A stretch of DNA of 17,306 bases from Octopus sinensis (lineage: Eukaryota), in the NCBI RefSeq assembly GCF_006345805.1, contig NW_021824900.1:1-17306 (forward strand). Direction: 5' to 3'. Shown here in pieces: positions 1 through 7,547 of the stretch (its first letter is position 1; every line of letters starts with the position of its first letter). Made by a program: the position numbers and the translations under genes. The notes beneath the pieces are model-generated. The model had not been told where the DNA came from and made no database searches. It saw nothing but the letters and a program-made list of their open reading frames with translations.

Positions 1-1372
1 GTTTGTGTTCCCACCAGTCTTTTTTCATGGGAGAAATCCAGGTTTTTTCCAATTACCCAGTGAATATATTGTGCAGATCTATCATGCCTGCTGAGATACT
101 CTGTAGGCGCTAGAAGACTGCACTTGGAGACAACATGTTCAATGGTTTCATTTTGTTGTTGACATCCACGACGTGTTGGGCTACTGCCGTTCTTTAACAT
201 GTTGGCCTGGTAGTTCCTTGTTGGTAGGCATTTATCTTGAGCTGCTATGATAAACCCTTCTGTTTCGGATTTTAAGCCAGAGGCCATTAGCCATTGATGG
301 GTCAGGGGCGTTGTCAACATCTGCATTATTCGCCCTGTTTGGGTATTTGCCATTGAGAGGTTTTTCTTGCCATTTATCATTCAGAATATCTAAGGCCGAA
401 GTTTTAGCACGTGTTTTCATGCGCTTAGCTTTTCCTGTGCTTGTTTCTTGTATGTATAATTCCGCAATTGGTTGTATTCGGAATTCACTTAGATATTCCT
501 TTGCCTGATTTGTTACTGAGTATGGTGCTTTCTTGTTTTCATGTTTTGGGACAAGTTTTAACATCCAATCCTCAGAGTTTTTCAGGTAGGTGTCTAGGCC
601 AATTGTAGTAATCTTCATTGATATTGCCAGTTGTAAAAGTCCACGGCCTCCCTCTTTTCTTGGCTGATAAAGTCGTTCTATATCTGCCTTAGGGTGGTGC
701 ATTCTATGCATTGTCAACAGTTTTCGTATTTTACTGTCAAGATTACATATTTCAGTAATTGACCAGTTAACGATATTGAAACTGTAAGTCACGACTGGTA
801 TGGCTAAAGCATTGATCGCTTCGATCCTGTTTCTCGCATTCAGCTCTGTCTTGAGTATTGCTCTTACTCTGCGATAACATTCTCTCCTGATTCTTTCCTT
901 CATCACTGAATGCCTTATTCCGTCCTCTTCAATTACCCCTAGGTACTTGTAGCTCTCCGCTAGGTCTAATTCTTATATGGCGTTCTGCTGGTCAAGGTAA
1001 ACGTTAGATGTTTCAGCCATTTTTCCTTTGATAAAGGTAGCTTTTGCACATTAGAATGCAAATTGCATTCTAATGTCATCACTGAACTGTTTAACAATCT
1101 CTACTAAGTCCCTGAGTTGTTGGTCACTTTTTGCTAAGAGCTTTAAATCATATATGTAAATGAGATGATTTATATTTTTATCAAACATTTTATATCCGTA
1201 CTGCGCGTCATTGACAAGTTTGAGAGAGGTATTAAAGCTTAACAAAAGAGGATTGGTGATAGTGAGTCACCCTCGAAAATGGCACATGAAATTTTTACAT
1301 CACCAGCATTTAGAGATTCATTGTCACTGTTCAAAGTTAGTGTGGTTCTCCATGATCTCATACTTACAGACA
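1..1372 (-). mobile_element. RLE-type non-LTR retrotransposon remnant, R4/Dong-like (copy A): RT core, thumb region and CCHC knuckle; frameshifted; 3' end lies outside the window
   Basis: Manual minus-strand translation across frameshifts gives RT motifs IFEGDSLSPILFC (from QGDSLSP) and HLIYIYDLKL (decayed YMDD), then YKYLG, AINALAIPVVTYSF, ERLYQPRKEGGRGL, WLMASGLKSETEGFIIAAQD, a degenerate knuckle (RRGCQQQNETIEHVVSKC) and the RHD motif. Clade assignment is from recalled motif similarity. Confidence 0.9.
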
Positions 1373-1575
1373 TTGAAAGAGTTAGTATAAGTGATAAGCA
1401 AAGTGAAATACTCCCTGAACCAATCATAAACACTAAGACAGATGAACATCAAATAGATGAAAAAAGTGACACAAATATTAACCCAACAAAACTACATGAG
1501 CTAAAAGGTCAAATCATGATTGAATGGCTTAAAATTAAAGAAACCAGTATGGATGAACGCGATACACTCCCTAAA
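1373..1575 (+). pseudogene. Open reading fragment on the opposite strand to copy A, possibly an inverted N-terminal piece of an R4/Dong-like ORF
   Basis: Stop-free, non-repetitive frame ...LHELKGQIMIEWLKIKETSMDERDTLPK runs directly into (TAA)n. It resembles the pre-RT region of such elements from memory only. Confidence 0.35.
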
Positions 1576-1693
1576 TAATAATAATAATAATATGTCAATA
1601 ATTATTATCATTATTATTATTATTATCATTATTATTTTTTTTGTTGTCATTATCATTATTATTATCATTATTATTATTATTATCATTATTATA

Positions 1694-1742
<49 letters not shown>

Positions 1743-1764
1743 TATTATTATTATTATTATTATT
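1576..1764. repeat. (TAA)n switching to (ATT)n microsatellite
   Basis: Directly visible; polarity switches around 1593-1600. Confidence 0.97.
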
Positions 1765-2342
1765 CATAGTTTTATTTTTATAGCGTGCTTTCACTTCACT
1801 ACCGAGCGCAGCTCTGTGTGCCTTGGGTATGTGCTGTGATTTGTTGTGGTGCTCTGATGGTTGTTGTATGGAAAGTGTTCTGCGTAGGATGTGTGCAGTG
1901 CCTAGTAGTGCAATTTTCTGTATGTTATATGTGTTTGTAAGTCCTGGTGTTTTTGCTATGTATTTGTCTGAATATTTTTTTATCATGCCTAATGCACCTA
2001 CTATAGATGGATTGTTTCTGTTTTCAGATTCCACATTCTAGTTACCTCTATTTCCAGGTCTTTGTATTTTGAGAGTTTCTCCATTTCTTTTAGAGACACG
2101 TTGTCATCTGCCGGTATTGATACATCAATTAGAAAGCATTTTTTTCCTTCATGATCTCTGACAACTATATCTGGTCTGTTGGCCTTAAGTTCTCTATCTG
2201 TGTGTATTGGCATATCCCAGAGTATGGTTGCTTTCTCGTTTTCTGTGACCTTTTCTGGTGTGTGCCTATACCATCTTTTTTCTGTTGTTATTCCATAATG
2301 TTGGCATAGCTTCCAGTCTGTCATGTCTGTGAATATATTCCT
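1765..2342 (-). mobile_element. 5'-truncated R4/Dong-like element (copy B): restriction-like endonuclease domain, 3'UTR and (AAT)n tail
   Basis: EYIHRHDR, WKLCQHYG, ILWDMPIHTD, NRPDIVV...LIDVSIP...KLSKYKDL (PD-D-xK core), frameshift near 2020, then IVGALG...QKIALLGTAHILRR. The 3'UTR ends at 1765 in (AAT)n. Confidence 0.93.
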
Positions 2343-2367
2343 TCTTCTTCTTCTTCTTCTTCTTCTT

Positions 2368-2398
<31 letters not shown>

Positions 2399-2469
2399 TT
2401 ATTATTATTATTATTATCATCATCATCATCATCATCATCATAATCATCATCAACATCATCACCACCACC

Positions 2470-2516
<47 letters not shown>

Positions 2517-2565
2517 CATCATCATCCTCATCATCCTCATCATCCTCATCATTATTATTATTATT
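2341..2565. repeat. Compound trinucleotide microsatellite (CTT)n-(ATT)n-(CAT)n-(CAC)n-(CAT/CCT)n
   Basis: Directly visible. Confidence 0.97.
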
Positions 2566-2649
2566 CAGTAGTTTTATTTTTATAGCGTGCTTTCACTTCA
2601 CTACCGAGCGCAGCTCTGTGTGCCTTGGGTATGTGCTGTGATTTGTTGT
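2566..2649 (-). mobile_element. ~84-bp 3'-terminal stub of the copy B family
   Basis: Near-identical to 1765-1848 (TATAGCGTGCTTTCACTTCACTACCGAGCGCAGCTCTGTGTGCCTTGGGTATGTGCTGTGATT). Confidence 0.95.
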
Positions 2650-2855
2650 TTATTATTATTATTGTTATTATTATTAATATAGTATTATTTTATTATTATT
2701 ATTATTATATTATTATTATTATTATCATCATCATAATCATTATCAACATCATCACCACCACCACCACCACCACCACCACCACATCATCATCATCATCATC
2801 ATCATCCTCATCATCATCCTCATCATCCTCATCATCCTCATCATTATTATTATAT

Positions 2856-2937
2856 CAGTATTTTATTTTTATAGCGTGCTTTCACTTCACTACCGAGCGC
2901 AGCTCTGTGTGCCTTGGGTATGTGCTGTGATTGTTGT
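2856..2937 (-). mobile_element. Second ~82-bp 3'-terminal stub of the copy B family
   Basis: Same sequence and same truncation point as 2566-2649, 289 bp downstream. Confidence 0.95.
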
Positions 2938-2949
2938 TTATTATTATTA

Positions 2950-3046
<97 letters not shown>
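2938..3046. repeat. (ATT)n microsatellite
   Basis: Directly visible. Confidence 0.97.
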
Positions 3047-4270
3047 CAGCATCATCATTGCGTTCTTTCACTACACTGTACTGCAGTGTAGAACTTTGAT
3101 TTGGTTTTGAAACTTTTATGGCATTAGAAATACACAACGTAATGTATCCGGCGCCTGATAGTATTATTTCCTGTATGTCATTAATATTTGTAAAACCTGA
3201 AATTTTCAGATCTTTAATTTTAGATAATTTCTCTGTCTTATTTAGAGACACATTACCATGTGTTGGGACTGACACATCGACTGGGATGCATTTGCTCTAG
3301 GTTACCCTTGATAACAATATTTGTTAGGTTAGCTTTGTGTGTATATACCAGCGAATAGTTGATTTACCTTCTCTGTTGTATATCTAAACTATTTGACTTC
3401 TGTTGGTATTTCATAATACACGCATAACCTTTTGTGTATTTAAGTCCCAAGTCCGTCACGTCTGAGGATGTACTTCTTGGCCAATACTAGGCAGCCAGAG
3501 ACAATATAATTTATTGCTTTTTTTCTCCATCACTACACAGTCTGCATTTACATATTGCGTTCTGCCACATTATGTGCTTTGATATTTTTAGGTAGGATGG
3601 CTTTTATTTTGTGCTTCGGTCTCTACTTTGAGTACTTCGCTTCTCAGCTTGTTTGGATTTTTTTTTGGAATTTTCCAGTTTGGATATTTCTTTGTCTACT
3701 TCCACTCTGCTCAGTTAGTTCCGGTATTGACCGTGAAAGAGCATTTGTAGCCATCGATTCATTGTAGCATTCCAAATTTAGATTTTAGTTGTTTGATATT
3801 TTCCTTTCTTATTTTTTCTCTATTTTCCTTTCTTATTTTTTCTCTATTTTCCTTAAGGCTATCTGTTATTGTAAATCCCATTGAAGGATTCTGTTTCATA
3901 ATTATTTGTATTATTTTTCCAAGATCTATGTGTGTTGAGATCTTCACAAATAATTTTGTGCATATTTGCCACACAAATTCCAAGCTGTATACTCGTTGTC
4001 TTTTCCAAGTTTTTTAAAACCCTACGATAGATATTTTGTCAGAAAATTTTAGTTATAAAATGGTTTCTTTCTATAGTGAATACATTTTCTCCATGTCAGA
4101 TATTAAGCGGTGTATTCTAAATACAATTAATATTTTTTTGTTTTCTTGTCTAGACATGCTAATTTGTTTAGTATCCAGTTGAAAATATTACACCATAACA
4201 CATTGTAACACGATTTTGTTCTTGAGTAGCAACTGTTATTTCCTGTTTGCTTATCCATAGAAAGTATGAA
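3047..4270 (-). mobile_element. Older, heavily decayed R4/Dong-like element (copy C), thumb region to 3' end, with internal deletions
   Basis: Minus-strand pieces NWILNKLACLDKK / RIHRLISDMEKMYSL*KE (cf. copy A), HGQY, CKCRLCSDGE..INYIVSGC, HKRLCVYYEIPTE, VDVSVPTHGNVSLNKTEKLSKIKDL, GFTNINDIQEIILSGAGY. The 3'UTR motif GCGTTCTTTCACTACACT matches copy B. Confidence 0.8.
3797..3854. repeat. 24-bp tandem repeat, 2.4 copies (TATTTTCCTTTCTTATTTTTTCTC)
   Basis: Exact copies at 3797-3820 and 3821-3844, partial copy to 3854; lies inside copy C. Confidence 0.92.
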
Positions 4271-5684
4271 AAATAGTAAATATTTCCTTCAAACTTTGCT
4301 TTTGTTGCGATATTTATTCAAACCCCAAGGATCCCCTCTCAACATATGGCTATCATCCCCCACCACTTCCCTTGAGAACATGCTTAAGTGGTTAAGGTCA
4401 AGCAACTGACAAGAAAATCTGTTATTGTGCAAAATATTTGTTATAACGATATTTCTGCTTCAGTAATTCAGCGCTGAATCTGGTTGATACGTAATGGAAA
4501 ATATGTCAACTTCAAAATATTGATGTCCAGGTCACAAAATCAAAGTTGGAAGGGAATATTAGTCATTTCCTTTGATTTTCAGATATAAGCAAATAGGAAA
4601 TAACACTCACTGAACAAAGACATAAACAAATTTTATTACACTGTGTAATTAGTGAGGCATCTGCTAAAAGTTGTTGAACTTGTAAAAAAAGACAAAGAAA
4701 TGATTTTTAAATATCATTTCAAGCTTCATCTGCTTGGTACACGGTTTTGACGATAGCAAATAACATAGAACACTGAAATGTCAACAGGGAGCGCTCGGAA
4801 ATGATTGTAGCAGTTTTAACACCTGGTGCCTAAAGCGAGCATTTTTTTTTCCTTCGGCAACATGTAGTGAATACAGCCTTTTACAAATCAATTTGTCTCA
4901 AAGATATTTAAAGTTGAATTCATTAAAACGCTTTCTTAACGGATACATCGATATATAGGACGCATAAGTCTCCTTGTTTTATTTTGTATTTTATATAAAT
5001 ACTGAATGTTATGTAATGATTTAGTAATCGTAGTTATTTATATAATTATTAGATTTTAACTCTGCGCTTATTTGTAACACTTTACTTAGCCAAAGAGATA
5101 TATAGATCGTTAATAGTAATACGAGTTTATTAAATGTATTTACATTTATTGATAGCATAAATTTTAGTATCTATTAACTATATTTGTTGATAGTTATTTA
5201 GTTATTATTTTAAATATTTTATAATTGATAGATGTGTACTTAAATCTAATATATGAATAATATTTTTAGTTAATTAATTTGGTAATTAAATTTTTGGACT
5301 ATAACTGAGTTAAGGATATTTGTGTGTTTATATTTTTAAGCTATTTTGTATATTCATAAATATCTCTAATAGTTGGCTGTGTCTATTATACATTATATAT
5401 TGCTATTTTCAATTGATAATTTGTAGTAGTATTTTCATTAATAAATATATTAGTAGTATTTATTGGATACTATATAAATTCGGATTGATAATTTCATTAA
5501 GTATTTAGTTGTTGAAGATATGTATTTCATTATTTCATTTTAGTTCTTAACTATACGGTTTTTATAAGTTATTAATTAGCCAACGAGATATATTAGTTAT
5601 AGCGTTCTTTTAGGTTGTTTGTTTGTTTACAATTTGCTTTTTGATCTTTAATCTTTTAATGTTTAATATATTTCATAAGTAATA

Positions 5685-5996
5685 TTCAAGATCAAATCTA
5701 ATTTTACTTGTGCCTCTGAAAACATAATTTATGTCATAAAATGCTCGGGCTGCCGCCAAAACTACGTGGGGTCCACGGGACTATCACTCAGACGTAGATG
5801 CACACTGCATCGACAACAGATTGCATTCCCAGAATACAGAATGATACTCTTTAGTGAGCACATTGAGAAATGCACAAAGCAAATACTACCACAATTTTTA
5901 ATCTTTCCATTTTAACAATGTGCTATCGGAACACCAACACAAATTAGACTAAACAAGGAAACATTCTTCATTGAAAAGTACAAGCCCAGACTTAAC
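5685..5996 (+). pseudogene. GIY-YIG endonuclease domain of a Penelope-like element (one in-frame stop; upstream RT absent)
   Basis: Manual translation: FKIKSNFTCASENIIYVIKCSGCRQNYVGSTGLSLRRRCTLHRQQIAFPEYRMILFSEHIEKCTKQILPQFLIFPF*QCAIGTPTQIRLNKETFFIEKYKPRLN. Contains IIY...YVG, the conserved R and E, terminal P-x-LN and the Cys/His pattern of PLE nucleases. TAA at 5913-5915. No start codon, so it is absent from the ORF track. Confidence 0.88.
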
Positions 5997-6107
5997 CATT
6001 CCAACATACTTATACAGAGAAATTCACTCCAAAGGAAAGGTAAAAAAATTTTAAGCGATTATCTCCCTTACACCGGAAGAAATCATTTATTACCTCCCCT
6101 TATCTGG

Positions 6108-6161
6108 AACTCTTCTCAACATAAACATAACGATAACTCTTCTCAACGTAAACATAACGAT
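6108..6161. repeat. 27-bp tandem duplication (AACTCTTCTCAACRTAAACATAACGAT x2)
   Basis: Two copies differing at one base. Confidence 0.92.
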
Positions 6162-6163
6162 GT

Positions 6164-6203
6164 AAGAAATTTGAAAAACTGAACGCGAAACCGGTCATTT
6201 CTT
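6164..6203 (+). ncRNA. Decayed minimal type-I hammerhead-ribozyme-like motif
   Basis: Stem I AAGAAAT(6164-6170)/ATTTCTT(6197-6203) encloses TTGAAAA (cf. CTGANGA) ... CGAAACCGGTC (GAAA, palindromic ACCGGT stem III, GTC site). Core and stem II are damaged. It sits just 3' of a PLE nuclease, where pLTR hammerheads are expected. Confidence 0.5.
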
Positions 6204-6704
6204 CTAAACTATGTCATTGTAAGAAAAAAATTTATAAGATTCTTCAGACATATTGACTCAAATATATATTTTTTAACCTTTTAAAACAAGCCTTCTGTAG
6301 TTTTTTCACTTTTTACTATTTTCTATATATTCAACCACGTGCTTTCACAAACCAACTTTCTCATCTATGTATACATATATATGTATAAATTCGTAAATGT
6401 AAATTAATAATTTTAAATTTTTAACTTTAAATTTAAATAATTTAAATTTTGAATTTTATATTTTATATTTTTTGTATATTATATTAATTAGTTTTATTTC
6501 TATGTTTTGGTTTATGTTTTTCACTGTTTGTTTTGCCTAATAGTGGTTTTATCTCTAATTTAATTATATATATATATATATATATATTGTTATATTTCGG
6601 AATGGTCATATTGCCAGTTTAGCCAATAAAAACACACGCACTATATATTTGGTGTTATTTTGCTTCAGTGATATATATTTTTACATTAATCTTAATCTTA
6701 TTTC

Positions 6705-6749
6705 GGCCAAAGTTCTTTCGTCACACTCCTGTGACCGCATCAGTGGTCC
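6705..6749 (-). ncRNA. Hammerhead-like motif, left arm
   Basis: Reads GGACCA-CTGATGCG-GTCACA-GGAG-TGTGAC-GAAA-GAACTT-TGGCC: perfect 6-bp stem II, GAAA, and stem I GGACCA/TGG-CC. The core is CTGATGCG rather than canonical CTGATGA. Confidence 0.45.
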
Positions 6750-7282
6750 TTTGTTTTCTTCTCACTTACTTGTGTCTCTCCTTACTAACCGTCAGCCATT
6801 TATATTTCTATTGTATGTCTTCATTTGCGCATGTTTATATCTCTATGTGCGTCTATGTTTATTTAGTGTGTGTGTGGGGCGATGCCTGTAATATTTGTAT
6901 CTTCTGGTTATATACATTCTTGTAATTTGTATTTTTTTTTGTTGTTGTGGCTTTTTTAATTTTTTCTAATTTTGTTCATGTTGTTACATCGACCCATTAT
7001 TATCATTACATATGCTTGTATGTATGTATAACAACATATTAGTAATAATAATAATAAATCTAATCGAAAAAAATTAAAAAAGCAACAACAAAAACAAAAT
7101 ACAAATTACAAGAATGTATATAACCAGAAGATACAAATATTACAGGCATCCCCCCCACACACACACTAAATAAACATAGACGCACATAGAGATATAAACA
7201 TGCGCAAATGAAGACATACAATAGAATATAAAATGGCTGACGGTTAGTAAGGAGAGACACAAGTAAGTGAGAAGAAAACAAA

Positions 7283-7327
7283 GGACCACTGATGCGGTCA
7301 CAGGAGTGAGACGAAAGAACTTTGGCC
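7283..7327 (+). ncRNA. Hammerhead-like motif, right arm
   Basis: Same motif with one stem II mismatch (TGAGAC). Confidence 0.4.
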
Positions 7328-7547
7328 GAAATAAGATTAAGATTAATGTAAAAAATAAATATCACTGAAGCCAAATAACACCAAATATATAGTGCGTGTG
7401 TTTTTATTGGCTAAACTGGCAATATGACCATTCCGAAATATAACAATATCTGTTTCAACACACGACTTCACATAAAAAATCTTGCACAACAAATATTTAA
7501 ACGTATATATATATATATATATATATAATTTTTTTTTTTTTCTTTTT

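Larger units (their letters stand above)
2398..2937. repeat. ~289-bp tandem duplication of compound microsatellite plus retrotransposon 3' stub
   Basis: The order ATT-CAT-AAT-CAA-CAC-CAT-CCT-ATT-stub occurs twice; anchor TATAGCGTGC at 2581 and 2870. Confidence 0.85.
6584..7449. repeat. Long inverted repeat (arms 6584-6966 and 7066-7449, ~99-bp spacer), candidate inverted Penelope pLTR pair
   Basis: The arms are near-perfect reverse complements over ~383 bp, differing by homopolymer indels and a few substitutions. The pLTR interpretation is inference. Confidence 0.9.

Noticed and set aside
1520-3099. Poly-Ile/Leu/Tyr 'membrane protein' ORFs
   Set aside because: Translations of (ATT)n, (CTT)n and (CAT)n.
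4323-4440. Segment resembling another octopus interspersed repeat (GGATCCCCTCTCAAC...GGTTAAGGTCAAGCAACTGACAAG)
   Set aside because: Recollection only; single copy in the window and no structural hallmark to support a call.
6649-7374. Mirror-image 80-104 aa ORFs
   Set aside because: By-products of the inverted repeat, starting at non-ATG codons, with low-complexity composition.
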